DNA of 64,000 nucleotides. Origin: Chiloscyllium plagiosum (lineage: Eukaryota). How positions within the stretch are numbered: position 1 is the first letter of the stretch; every line of letters starts with the position of its first letter. Positions 1-12,259 of this stretch are shown one piece after another. Made by a program: the position numbers and the translations under genes. The stretch is from contig NC_057718.1 of the NCBI RefSeq assembly GCF_004010195.1, forward strand, positions 69,960,730 through 70,024,729, read 5' to 3'. The notes under the pieces were generated by a model. It saw nothing but the letters and a program-made list of their open reading frames with translations, made no database searches and was not told the origin of the DNA.

Positions 1-360
1 AACATATATGTGTGCATGTGTGTGCCTGTCTCTCTGTCTGGGGTGGGGGGTTGTGAGTGTGAGAGAGAGACTGTGTGTGTATGTGCGTGTAGAGTGTCTA
101 AGTCTGTGAGAGGGTGTATGTGTGAGAATGAGAGTTTGTGTGGCTGTAGGAGTGTGTGTGTATGTTAGAGGTGGGAGTTGTGAGTGTCTGTCAGAGAAAG
201 TGTATATGTGTGTGCGCGTGAGTGTAAAGTGGTCTAAGTCTGTGAGAGAGTGCATGTGAGAGTGTGGGAGTGTGTGTGTCCGTAGGAGTGTGTGTGCGTG
301 TCTGTGTATATGTGTGTGTATATAGGAGTGTGTGTGTGTGTGTATGTGTGTGTATAGTGC
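1..360. repeat. Degenerate (TG)n/(TGAG)n low-complexity tract, probably the CA-rich 3' tail of the adjacent Penelope-like element
   Basis: Dense TG dinucleotide runs. An equivalent CA-rich tract follows PLE ORF-end sequence at 13030-13215, and another lies in a PLE tail at 39130-39285. Confidence 0.85.
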
Positions 361-1020
361 AATGGTGGTCACCTATAGTATGAAATAAAACCAAGGTCCC
401 GGTTGAGGCCCTCCCTATGGGTACCAAACTTAGCTGTCAGCCTCTGCTCGGCCACTTTTCGCTGCTGCCTGTCTCGAAGTCCGCCTGGGAGGATGGTCAC
501 CTGAAGGTCCGAGGTCGAATGTCCTGGACCGCTGAAGTGTTCCCCAACACTCCTGTCTGTTGATTGTTGTGTGGTGCCCGTTCATCCGTTGCCGTAGCCT
601 TTGCTCAGTTTCCCCAATGTATCATGCCTCAGGGCATCCTTGCCTGCAACGAACAAGATAAATAACGTTAGCTGGGTCACATGAGTACCTGCCATATAGG
701 TGGTGGGAGGTGTCCCCAAGAGTAATAGTGGTATCCATGTTCACACTCTGACACATCTTGCAGTGCCTAGGGTTGTATGGAGTTGTCCTGAAAACTGGGC
801 AGCTTGCTGCGAACAATGATCTGTTTGAAGTTTGGCAGTTGTTTAAAGGTGAGCAGTGGAGGTGTGGGGAAGGTCTTGGCGATGTGCTTATCCTCATTGA
901 TAATGTGTTGCAAGTCACAAAGAACATGGCATAGTTTTTCAGCTCCTGGGAAGTACTGAACAATGAAGGGTACCCTATCGGTTGCAGCACGTGTCTGTCT
1001 CCTGTGGAAGTCATTGTGGT
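361..1020 (-). mobile_element. Penelope-like retroelement 3' portion (Cys-rich linker + GIY-YIG endonuclease, Neptune-like), decayed
   Basis: Minus strand reads ...RHCKMC...YSCDPANVIYLVRCRQGCPEA*YIGETEQRLRQRMNGH, a GIY-YIG motif with an in-frame TGA. Confidence 0.85.
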
Positions 1021-1139
1021 TCTTCTCTTAAAGTAGACGTGGCAGGGTTTTGTGGTCTGTTATAATTACAAATGCACATCCATGAAGATATTGGTGGAAC
1101 TTCTTGACTCCAAATATGACTGCCAAATCTTCCTTCTCT

Positions 1140-2195
1140 ATTTGAACACAAACGAAGAAAATTACAGCACAGGGACAGGCCCCCCAAACCTGTATTGATC
1201 TAGATCCTCTATCTAAACCCTATTGCCTATTTTCTAAGGATCTGTATCTATCTGCTTCCTACCCATTCATGTATCTGCCTAGATACATCTTAAATGAAAC
1301 TATTGTGCCCTCCTCAACCACCTCCACTGGCAACGTGTTCTAGGCACGCACCACCCTCTCTGTAAAGAACTTTCCATGCATATCTCCCTTAAACTTTTCT
1401 CCTCTCACATTGAACTCATGACCCCTAGTAATTCAGTTCCCCCACTCTGGGAAAAGCTTCTTGCTATCCACCCTGTTCTACACCTCTCATGATTTTATAG
1501 ACCTCAATCATGTCTCCCCTCAACCTCCATCTTTCTAACGAAAATAATCCAAATCTATTCAATCGCTCTTCATAGCTAGTGCCTCCATACCAGGCAACAT
1601 CTTGGTGAACCTCCTCTGCACCCTCTCCAAAGCAGCAACATCCTTTTGTTAATGTGGCAACCAGAACTGTACACAGTATTCCAAATGTGTCAGAACCAAA
1701 GTCCGATATAACTGTACGATGACCTGCCAATTCTTGTACTCAATACCCTGTCCAATGAAGGAAAGCATGCCATATGCCTTCTTGACCATTATTGACCTGC
1801 TAGCCACCTTCAGGGTACAAAGGACTTGAACAGATCTCTCTGTGCATCAACTTTCCCCAAGGCTTTTCCATTTACCGTATAGTTCAGTTTTGAATTGGAT
1901 CTTCCAAAATGCATCAAGTCGTTTTTGCCCAGATTGAACTCCATCTGCCATTTCTCTGCCCAACTCTCCAATCTATCTATATTCTCCTGCATTCTCTGAA
2001 CTGGGGGCCTGATAGTTCACTTCACTATCTGCTACTTCACCAATCATCTACAAACTTGCTAATCAGGCCCCCTTTTCCTTCCTCCAGATCATTTATGTAT
2101 ATCACAAACAACAGTGATCCCAATACGGATCCTGGTGGAATACCACTGGTCACAGTTCTCCATTTTGTGAAACTCCCTTCCACTATTATTCCCTG
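1140..2195 (-). mobile_element. CR1 LINE (HER1-like) 3' fragment, RT C-terminus and 3' UTR
   Basis: ORF fragments [40 protein letters not shown] and LFSLERWRLRGDMIEVYKIMRG. Confidence 0.9.
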
Positions 2196-3059
2196 TGTCC
2201 TTTTGGGTATATTGACGCTCTGCATTAGCCAAAGTCCTGGTTGCACATGATATCAGGCGTTCCTCTTCATTGGACCATCTATGCACTAATGCAACCCCAA
2301 AGCCATATGGAGTGGCATTGCATGTCACTGCCAGATCTTGCTAAGGATCATAGTGTGCCAACACCTTAAAGGATGACTGCAGTTTTGTCACTTCCTTGAA
2401 AGCTATGGCTTGTCTATGTGACCATTTTCAAGGCTGACCCTTTTTTTAGGAGTTGATGCAAAAGTGTCAAGCTGGAGACCAGGTCATGCATGAACTTTCT
2501 GTAATAATTCTCCAGACCAAGGAATGATCAAAGCTTCAGTGCAAACATGGGAGCAAGGGCACATTTGATTGCCCTCACTTTATCTTCCAAGAGATGTAAT
2601 CTAGTCTTGTCCACTCTGTAGCCCAAATAGGTCATTTATGTTGCCTGGAACACTCATTTTTCCCTTCTTAGGTATACAGCCACCTGGGAAAACCATCTAA
2701 GGACTATGTCCAAGTACTCTAAGTGCTCCTTATTGGTCTTCCCTGCTATTAGCATGTGATGCGGATAAATGGCAATCTGGGGTTAGACCTTGTAAAATGT
2801 TCTCTATCATCCACTGAAAGGCTGCACAGACTGACAATACCTCACTGGCAGTCTTATATATTGGTAGAAACCCTTGTGGGTGTTAAGTGGAGCATACGTC
2901 TGGGAATCTTCATTTAACGATAATCACAAGTATGCATGACTCAGGTCCACTTTGTAAAGGGCTGTTTACAAGGGATTGGGTATTTTTTCCAGTGTGATAA
3001 GGCCAACCAACCCATTGGGCTTCAAGATCAGTATGACCAGTGCTACGGTGCGAGTTTCG

Positions 3060-3150
3060 GGAGTATGGTGCGAGAAAAACTCAGCAGGTCAGGCAGCATC
3101 CGAGGAGCAGGAGAATCAATGTTTCGGGCATAAGACCTTCATCAGGAATG
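3060..3150 (-). mobile_element. Short PLE 3'-end fragment with degenerate hammerhead motif
   Basis: Minus strand CTGATGA AGGTC TTAT GCCC GAAACATT followed by the shared tail GATGCTGCCTGACCTGCTG. Confidence 0.75.
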
Positions 3151-3631
3151 AGACTCGATTCCTTCACTTTCCAGCCTTCTGCTTTCTGCTCTCATTATAC
3201 CCGTAAGGCAAATAGCACTGGGTGGGCCTTGCAGAATTACTTCCTGGTCGACATGCAAGGTGACCCTGTCTCTTTTGGAAGTCCCTAGACCTTCCTGAAA
3301 GACTTACAGGTATTAATTAGGACTTCGCTCAGGCATCCATTTTCTAATCAAAAAATGTTGAGCCAATCAAGGTGAATCTCTCAACCAATTTTGCCCCTTA
3401 AAGCTTGAGCCAGAGCCTTTTATGACAATCACTGTTAGCTGAATCAGCTGATTCTAAAAGAGACCAGAATTGAAGTTTACCCTTAATCTGTAAAGGTTCC
3501 CTGCTATATGTTCTCAGTCTAGCCAAGGTCTTGTGCTAACTTAAGGGTTAGAGTACGCAGCAAGTTTAGTTAAAGACTGGTTCTGCAATAGTTGAAACAG
3601 CTATGTTGATATTGACCTCCATTAGAACCAG

Positions 3632-3725
3632 GAGAAAACGAGGACTGCAGATGCTGGAGATCAGAGTTGAGAGTGTGGTGCTGGAGAATCGACGTTTTGG
3701 GCATAAGCCCTTCATGTACTGAAGC
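3632..3725 (-). mobile_element. Short PLE-derived insert with 10-bp TSD
   Basis: TSD TTAGAACCAG at 3622-3631 and 3726-3735. Contains a partial hammerhead (GAAGGGCTTATGCCCAAAACGTCG on minus). Confidence 0.75.
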
Positions 3726-3868
3726 TTAGAACCAGATGACCATTGAACCAGACATTTATTTGATTGATTTTGATGTTGATGTTACTTAGCAATTTAACTG
3801 TTCCAAACCAGATGTAGTTGAACTTTCCAGGGTGTGCTCTCTCCTGGATATTGGACTATGAGTTCCCT

Positions 3869-4169
3869 TTAGATTACTTAGAGTGTGGAAACAGGCCCTT
3901 CGGCCCAACAAGTCCACACCGACCCCCGAAGCGCAACCCACCCAGACCCATTCCCCTCTATTTACTCCTTCACCTAACACTACGGGCAATTTAGCATGGC
4001 CAATTCACCTGACCTGCACATTTTTGGACTGTGGGAGGAAACCAGAGCACCCGAAGGAAACCCACGCAGACACGGGGAGAATATGCAAACTCCATACAGC
4101 CAGATGAGGCGGGAATTGCACTCAGGTCTCTGGCGCTGTGAGGCAGCAGTGCTAACCACTGTGCCGCCC
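3869..4169 (-). mobile_element. HE1-type V-SINE
   Basis: tRNA-derived head (GGCACAGTGGTTAGCACTGCTGCCTCACAGCGCC), V-domain core and CR1-like tail ending TAATCTAA. Confidence 0.92.
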
Positions 4170-4954
4170 ATTCTCTTACTCAGTTTAGGTCTAGTAGGAC
4201 TCCTTTGCTGTCTCAAGTCAGTGTACCTGCAGCTGGCCCAGATTCTGAATAAAATTTTAACCATTTGGCTAAGGCTTGGCTTTGATTTGGGATTTTGCTG
4301 TGAACAGGATATGTCCTGAGCAAGGCTATGCAATTGCCTAAATTCAAGTGGTGTTCCTCAAGCTTGGTATGGCAGAGATATCCACTTCCACTGGAATATG
4401 CTGCAACCCATATGCTCCTCTTGCTGCATTTTCCAATAATAAAGCCAATTATAGGGCCTGTTTGAGGTCCAGTTGGGCTTCAGCTAGTAGGTACTTTTGC
4501 ATGGTTACATCATTAGTCCCACATATAAATCAGTCGCTCAGCATCTCATTAAGGGGTTAAAAAAAAGTCACATTCCTCTCTCAGCTGCTGTAACCTTGTT
4601 AAAAATCCTGATAAGGATTTCCCTGGTTCTCAAATTAGCACTCTCTTCTGAGTAAAACTGATAGCATCTCAGAATTACAGGAAGCTTGGGTAGTAATATT
4701 CCTTAACTAAACTCTTGAAAGGTTTTAATATCTGGTGCCTCAGGAAATGTTGGGCTCCTAATAACCAAAACAATCCACAAGCTGTCAGGAGAAATACTCA
4801 TTGCTTTTCATCTCCCCCAATGTCATTTAAGATAATATACACATTCCATATAAGAAGCCCAGTTTTCAACAGCAGGGCATAAATGCTTGTCCTAAATCAA
4901 AGGCGACTGTTATGAGAATACTTCTTCAGAGATGTGCTTTTCTCTCATCCCCAC

Positions 4955-5179
4955 TGAAATAACTCCACAGAGGCTGGCATCCCCTCAGCAGGTGACCTTT
5001 TATTCACACATGGAAAGTCCTTTAATGCTGGTCCAACTCCCTCTCAGGGTGTCAGACTGCCTGAAACTCCTCTTTTTATCTGGCAACCAGGGCTCCCTGA
5101 CTGGTTCAGATTAACAGCCCCAATCAGAGAACTCATATTCTATGAAGTCCACTTGGCTGACCTCATTACAATCATTACA
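4955..5179 (-). mobile_element. 5' LTR of the Gypsy element
   Basis: TG...CA ends, minus-strand AATAAA near 5000, and position immediately upstream of the PBS-like sequence. Confidence 0.65.
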
Positions 5180-5283
5180 CCCACCATGTTCTCTGGTGCT
5201 GTTCAACATATTCCCCATTGACCTTGCTTTTAGCCCTGTCACCATTCACGTCTCCACAAATGCTTCTGCATTTGCACAATATG

Positions 5284-5409
5284 TGTCTAGATTGGAGTGG
5301 TGCTGGAAAAGCACAGCAGTTCAGGCAGCATCCAAGGAGCAGTACAATCGACAAAAGCCCTTCATCAGGAGACTGGTTTCCAGCATCTGCAGTCATTGTT
5401 TTTACCTAG
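5284..5409. mobile_element. Short PLE-derived insert with inverted segments and 13-bp TSD
   Basis: TSD TTTGCACAATATG at 5271-5283 and 5410-5422. A minus-oriented hammerhead remnant is followed by the plus-oriented tail CCAGCATCTGCAGTC. Confidence 0.75.
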
Positions 5410-6533
5410 TTTGCACAATATGCCCAATCTTTCTGACCCCTCTCACTTTCAGGCAGTGATCCCCCTACTGGTCCTACCTTGTATCCTCCTAAACCTTTGA
5501 CAGACAAATTCCTAGGACTGTATTCATTCCAAATCTCTGACGGACTTTGATAAACAGACTCTAGACATGACTGCCCAGACCCTAGCTTCCCAACTAATGG
5601 TGCATGATTCCCCTGACTTCTTATGATGGCCCTTCAGGAGCAATCACTGCCCACTCCTCAAACTGCAATTGGACAGATCTGCTGACAGTGAACATCCCAA
5701 GCAGACAACTGACTTTGTTGAAACCACTGGACTATGTGTATTTGTGCCCATGACTGATGATACTGGGATCCGTTGTGTGTGTGTGTGTGCGCGCACACAC
5801 GTGTGTGGGGCACAGGCAGTGGGTACTTGCTGTCACTGTTAGATTGCTGTTTGCGTGCTGTTCACCAAAATGTACCCCACCTCTTCAAACCCAGCCAAGC
5901 AGTCTGTGAGTGGCTATCTGACTGAACACCTCTAAAGGGCAGCAGTGGCAGGTTTTGGCTTTGGCTGAAGCTGCAGTATACTAACAGGCATACTGGTGCT
6001 TCAGGCCTGTCACCATTCATATCTCCACCTCATTGCATAGCAAGACAAGGCAAGGCATGGATGCTGTGAGCATACAGGCAATGCGAAGTGAGTGAGCATT
6101 AAAACAGCAGCGCTGTACTGAAGCCTGGTCCAATCCTAAATTGGGTACTGTCAGCAGTCTTTCAATGCCAGCTGCCAATATGCCCTGCAATGCAAATTTG
6201 TGCATCCTGAGCAACCTGTCAAGAGTATTATGGTTGCAATGGGTCAGCTGATGCCAGATGCCAACGCTTATGGAGGAGGGATGCATACAGTTGGTGTGTG
6301 TAAATTGTGCCTGAGATGCTATTTCAAGCTGAGCAACATGGAGGCTCCGCACAGCTAGCATGTGAGCAAAAGTCACCAAATACCCTCTGTGACTTCACAT
6401 AAAGATTGCTCTATATAGAAGTGAGTCAAGCAGTCAGGGCAGGCAGGGACAAGGTAGGATTAATAAATTAAACTGCATTTGTTTCAAAGCAAGAGGTCTA
6501 TAAGGGAAGGCAGATGAACTCAGGGCATGGTTA

Positions 6534-6823
6534 GGCGGCATGGTGGCGCAGTGGTTAGCTACTGCTGCCTCACAGTGCCAGAGACCTGGGTTCAATTCCT
6601 GCCTCAGGCGACTGTGTGGAGTTTGCACATTCTCTGCATGTCTGCGAGGGTTTCCTCCCCCAGTCCAAAAATGTGCAGGTTAGGTGAATTGGCCATGCGA
6701 AATTGCCTGTAATGTTCGGTGAAGGGGTAAATGTAGGGGAATGGGTCTGGGTGGGTTGCGGGTTGGTTTGGACTTTTGTTGGGCCGAAGGGCCTGTTTCC
6801 ACACTGTAAGTAATCTAATCTAA
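6534..6823 (+). mobile_element. HE1-type V-SINE
   Basis: A-box/B-box-like head (GGTTCAATTCC), V-domain core and (TCTAA)n tail. Confidence 0.92.
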
Positions 6824-9358
6824 CATGGGACTGGGATATTATAGCAATTATAGAATATTGCTCAAGGATGGACAGGATTGGCAGCTTAATGTTCCAGGGT
6901 ACAAATGGAGGCAAGAGAGGAGGGGGAGTGGTGTTTTTGATAAGGGATAGCATTACAGCAGTGCTGAGGGAGGATATTCCTGTAAATACAACCAGGGATG
7001 TTATTTGGGTGGAAATGAGAAATAAGAAAGGGATGATAACCTTATTGGGATTGTATTATAGACCCCCTAATGGTCAGAGGGAAATTGAGAAACAAACTTG
7101 TAAGGAGATCTCAGCTATCTGTAAGAATAATAGGGTGGCTATGGTAGGAGATTTTAACTTTCCAAACATAGACTGGGACTGCCATAGTGTTTAGGTTTAG
7201 ATGGAGAGGAATTTGTTAAATGTGTACAAGACAATGTTTTGATTCAGTACCTACCAGAGAAGGTGCAAAACTGGACCTACTCTTGGGAAATAAGGCAGGG
7301 CAGGTGACTGAGGTGTCAGTGGGGGAGCACTTTGGGGCTAGCGACCATAATTCTATTAGATTTTAAATAATGATGGAAAAGTATAGACCAGATCTAAAAC
7401 TTGAAATTCTAAATTGGAGAAAGGCCAATTTTCACGGTATGAGGCAAGAACTTTCAAAAGCTGAATGGGGGCAGATGTTTGCAGGTAAAGGGACAGCTGG
7501 AAAATGGGAAGCCTTCAGAAATGAGATAAAGAGAATCCAGAGAAAGTATATTCCTGTCAGTGTGAAAGGAAAGGCTGGTAGGTATTGGGATGACGAAAGA
7601 AATTGAGGGTTTGGTTAAGAAAAAAGAGGAAGCATATATAAGGTATAGACAGGATAGATCAAGTGAATCCTCAGAAGAGTATAAAGGCAGTAGGAGTATA
7701 CTTAAGAGGGAAGTCAGGAGGGCAAAAAGGGGACATGAGATAGCTTTGGCAAATAGAATTAAGGAGAATCCAATGGGAATTTGCAAATGTATTAAGGAGA
7801 AAAGGGTAACTAGGGAGAGAATAGGGCCTCTCAAAAATCAGCAAGGCGGCCTTTGCGTGGAGCCGCAGAAAATGGGGGAGATACTAAACGAGTATTTTGC
7901 ATCAGTATTTACTGCAGAAAAGGATATGGAAGATTATAGAAAATAGCGAAATAGCGAATGGTGACACCTTGCAAAATGTCCATATAAGAGAAGAGGAAGT
8001 GCTGGATGTCTTGAAACGCATAAAGGTGAATAAATCCCCAGGACCTGATCAGGTGTACCTGAGAGCTCTGTGGGAAGCTAGAGAAGTGATTGCTGGGCCT
8101 CTTGCTGAGATATTTGTATCATCGATAGTCACAGGTGAGGTGCCGGAAGACTGGAGGTTGGCTAACGTGGTGCCACCACTCTTTTTGAAGGGTTGTAAGG
8201 ACAAGCCAGGGAACTATAGACCGGTGAGCCTGACGTCGGTGGTGGGCAGGTTGTTGGAGGGAATCCTATGGGACAGGATGTACATGAATTTGGAAAGGCA
8301 AGGACTGATTAGGGATAGTCAACATGGCTTTGTCTGGAGGCCTGTGACCAGTGGAGTGCCACAAGGATCGGTGCTGGGCCCTCTACTTTTTGTCATTTAC
8401 ATAAATGATTTGGATGCGAGCATAAGAGGTACAGTTAGTAAGTTTGCAGATGACACCAAAATTGGAGGTGTAGTGGACAGCTAAGAAGGTTACCTCAGAT
8501 TACAGCAGGATCTTGATCAGATGGGGCAATGGGCCGAGAATTGGCAGATGGCATTTAATTCATATAAGTGTGAGGTGCTGTATTTTGAGAAAGCAAACTT
8601 AGCAGGACTTATATGCTTAATGGTAAGGTCCCAGGGAGTGTTGCTGAACAAAGAGACCTTGGAATGCAGGTTCATAGCTCCATGAAAGTGGAGTTGCAGG
8701 TAGATAGGATAGTAAAGAAGACGTTTGGTATGCTTTCGTTTATTGGTCAGAGTATTGAGTACAGGAGTTGGGAGGTCATGTTGCGACTGTACAGGACATT
8801 GGTTAGGTCACTGTTGGAATATTGCGTGCAATTCTGATCTCCATCCTATCAGAAAGATGTTGTGAAACTTGAAAGGGTTCAGAAAGGATTTACAAGGATG
8901 TTGCCAGGGTTGAAGGATTCGAGCTGTGGGGAGAGGCTGAACAGGCTGGGGCTGTTTCCCTGGAGCATCGGAGGTTGAGGGGTGACCTTATAGAGGTTTA
9001 CAAAATTATGAGGGGCATGGATAGGATAAATAGACAAAGTCTTTTCCATGGGATGGGGAGTCCAGACCAAGCGGGCATAGGTTTAGGGTGAGAGGGGAAA
9101 GATATACAAGAGACCTAAGGGGCAACCTTTTCACACAGAGGGTGGTACGTGTATGGAATGAGCTGCCAGAGGAAGTGGTGGAGTCTAGTACAATTGCAAC
9201 ATTTAAAAGGCATTTGGATGGATATATGAATAGGAAGGGTTTGTAGGGATATGGGCTGGGTGCTGGCAGGTGGGACTAGATTGGGTTGGGATATCTGGTT
9301 GGCATGGACAGGTTGGACCGAAGCGTCTGTTATGGACATCTCTGACTCTATGACTCTA
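6824..9358 (+). mobile_element. CR1 LINE ORF2 (APE endonuclease + RT) and 3' UTR, decayed, with internal deletion
   Basis: [49 protein letters not shown] and KFADDTK motifs. Tail TCTGACTCTATGACTCTA. Confidence 0.95.
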
Positions 9359-9662
9359 TTTAACTTGTTTGGTGTGTTTGATAAAGTAGGAATCTGCGGT
9401 GTGTTGTACCATTGTGAGATGTTTAACAAGTAATGATCCCTCTTCAAAGGCAACTCACAGTCGACTAGTGAGAAATACACCTCACCATTTGGCAAATGCA
9501 AGTAAAATGCAGCTAGTTGTTCCTGAGACCAAGATAGACCTCACAAGACTTGTCGTGCATTTCTGCCATGAATTTTGCCATAACTCAGATGCTGGAGATC
9601 AGAGCTGAAAAATGTGTTGCTGGAAAAGCGCAGCAGGTCAGGCAGCATCGAAGGAGCAGGAG

Positions 9663-9698
9663 AATCGACGTTTCGGGCATAAGCCCTTCTTCAGGAAT
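9663..9698 (-). ncRNA. Minimal type-I hammerhead ribozyme motif (family A)
   Basis: Minus strand ATTC-CTGAAGA-A-GGGC-TTAT-GCCC-GAA-ACGT-C-GATT: intact core, 4-bp stem II, palindromic ACGU and a GUC cleavage triplet. Confidence 0.75.
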
Positions 9699-10502
9699 GA
9701 GGAGGGTGTGCCAAGCAGGCTAAGATAAAAGGTAGGGAGGAGGGACTTGGGGGAGAGGCGTTGGGAATGCAATAGATGGAAGGAGGTTAAGGTGAGGGTG
9801 ATAGGCCAGAGAGGGGGTGGGGGCAGAGAGGTCGGGAAGAAGATTGCAGGTCAAGAAGGCGGTGCTGAGTCCGAGGGTTGGGACTGAGATAAAGTGAGGG
9901 GAGGGGAAATGAGGAAGCTGGAGAAATCTGCATTCATCCCTTGTNNNNNNNNNNNNNNNNNNNNNNNNNNNNNNNNNNNNNNNNNNNNNNNNNNNNNNNN
10001 NNNNNNNNNNNNNNNNNNNNNNNNNNNNNNNNNNNNNNNNNNNNNNNNNNNNNNNNNNNNNNNNNNNNNNNNNNNNNNNNNNNNNNNNNNNNNNNNNNNN
10101 NNNNNNNNNNNNNNNNNNNNNNNNNNNNNNNNNNNNNNNNNNNNNNNNNNNNNNNNNNNNNNNNNNNNNNNNNNNNNNNNNNNNNNNNNNNNNNNNNNNN
10201 NNTGACGAAGGAGTCGCGGAGAGAGTGGTCTTTCCGGAACACTGATAGGGGAGGGGAGGGAAATATATCCTTGGTGGTGGGGTCTGTTAGGAGGTGGCGG
10301 AAATGACGAAGGGTGATGCGATGTATATGGAGGTTGGTGGGGTGGTAGGTGAGGACCAGTGAGGTTCTGCCCTGGTGGCGATTGGAGGGGTGGGGTTCAA
10401 GGCTGAGGAGCCAGAAGTGGAGGAGATGCGGTGGAGAGCATCGTCGACCATGTCGGAGGGGAAATTGCGGTCTTTGAAGAAGGAGGCCATCTGGGTTGTT
10501 CG

Positions 10503-10639
10503 GTATTGGAATTGGTCCTCCTGGGAGCAGATGCTGCGGAGGCGATGGAATTGGGAATATTGTATTGGAATCGGTCCTCCTGGGAGCAGATGCGGCGGAG
10601 GCGAAGGAATTGGGAATATTGTATTGGAATTGGTCCTCC
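10503..10639. repeat. 59-bp tandem repeat, about 2.3 copies, at the PLE 5' truncation point
   Basis: Unit starts GTATTGGAATTGGTCCTCC (one substitution in copy 2) at 10503, 10562 and 10621. Confidence 0.9.
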
Positions 10640-10664
10640 AATAACTCACATTGTTAAGATTTCA

Positions 10665-11430
10665 TTGATAGGAACAGGAGAAGCCCACATAGCGTCTGGA
10701 GCCTGTTCATTGAAAAGCTGGCTAATCCACTAATCCACTACCTAACTGCACTTCCCTCAGTACCTTGGGTTAACAAAATCTCTTAATGTCTCAATTGAAA
10801 TGAATGATTGATCAAACAGCAATTGTCATTTAAATGTTCAAAACTTCTCCCAACTTCAACTATCCAAGGTGGACATTGTCACACAGTCTTTTTTTCTAAT
10901 ATCCAGAAGTGTCCTTACGCACAACTGAATTTAGTTTTCCCCATCACCAAACCGCCCGTGGTATATTTCCACCTATTAATCATCCATGTTTTATGATTTA
11001 CCAATTGACATGCAAAGCCTGTTAAGGGCAGTGCAGACTACCAAAAGTGATGGAGAGCTATGGAGATAGGGAGGGGCTAAATCAAAATGGAGTTGCAAGT
11101 GGATTCTCACATTTTCCCATATTCAATTCTATTCGAGGCAGTTGTGTTCACTCACTTAATTTATCAATGTTCTTTTCCAAATTTCTGTTCTTGTTTACAA
11201 TGTTTACTTTGTCACTTAACTGAGCGACATCATCAAATTTGATTCTATGTCTCTCTACTGTAAATGATTTATAAACTTAGTGAAAAACTGAAGTCCAAAT
11301 ACAAATCCTCGGTGGGCACCACTATTCACATTCTGCCAAATGGTGTACATAACCATTATCCCTGTTCGGAGCCCCTTCCTCTTATTCAGTAAAAGAATGT
11401 GTCTGGGAACTTTTTGCTATAAGCTTTTTG
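10665..11430 (-). mobile_element. Old, highly diverged CR1 fragments
   Basis: A CR1-like 3' end (ATAGGAACAGGAGAAG...) near 10668. Degenerate RT motif region (SGAHRGFVFGLQFF.KFIN, KFDD) on the minus strand near 11200-11330. Confidence 0.5.
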
Positions 11431-12259
11431 AAGCTGAATAAATGTTGGACAGAACTCCATCAATTTGGAAATTTTATTTGTTTAAATTAAGCTCACGATC
11501 CACTTTTTTGTTTTCTGACTTAATGAGGCATTCTGAGTAGATATTCTTGTTGAGCTCTCCTCCTTTGGCTCACATTGTTTTGCGGAATTTTCCATGTCTC
11601 ATTTGCCTTATGTTTTGACTGGTGTGAATTATTGCACAAGGAAACATCGCATGGTTCCACAGCAGTTATAGGACATTGGTAGACTAGCAGGGAAATATGC
11701 CTTCTATAGCCTACAAACTAAATTACATCCAGATGAGGCTGTCCTTAGATCTCCATGTACACTTCCCCTCTTAAATATCCTGGAATGCAACCTTGTGAAT
11801 ATCTATAAGGCAATGACTCTAATCTTTTAAACATATCATTGGACAGTTTTTGCAATATTGGAACATTATAATTATGAACCATTTAACAACCTTCATATCT
11901 GACAAAAGATCCATTTGTGTACAGATTAAAATGTGGCTTTTTTTTCCCTCTGCACCAGTAATTTGAGTTTAACCCATCATCGATCTTGCAGAATTTGGTC
12001 AACATTTGTTTAAATCTATTCGTTATATCAATTAGACTCATTCTTAACTTAAACCCATCATTCATTTGTACACACTAGACCGACAGAATATTCCAAGCTC
12101 CTTGATCAGGGGAACTGAATATTGCTTGAAAAGGAATAAAATGGACCTCGGTGTGCCCTGTTTGTTGGTGCAAGATTTGGGCAAGAAGAGCCAATTTTGG
12201 GGTCACCATCCTGCTCCTAATTGATACCGGAAAGACCTCTGAATTGATGTCTGACCTTG

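Larger units (their letters stand above)
2196..4954 (-). mobile_element. Degenerate Ty3/Gypsy LTR retrotransposon internal region (gag-pro-RT-RNaseH), 3'-truncated, with later insertions
   Basis: TCNATPYGFGVAL..EERLISCATRTLANAERQYTQ resembles the Gypsy RNase H CDAS.YG.GAVL..ERPIAFASRTL..AE.NY motif (2200-2328). Gag-like QKYLLAEAQLDLKQAL lies near 4450-4500. PBS-like TGGGGATGAGA is at 4943-4953 (minus). Confidence 0.8.
9585..10639 (-). mobile_element. Penelope-like element 3' portion (spans assembly gap 9945-10202)
   Basis: SQFHRLRSICSQEDQF..TQMASFFKDRNFP and LVLTYHP..RHFRHLLTDPTTKDIFPSPPL motifs. The 3' end carries a hammerhead motif. Confidence 0.88.

Noticed and set aside
3883..4333. Recurring ORFs such as MWKQALRPNKST... 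and MANSPDLHIFG... suggesting a gene family
   Set aside because: They are chance translations of HE1 SINE copies.
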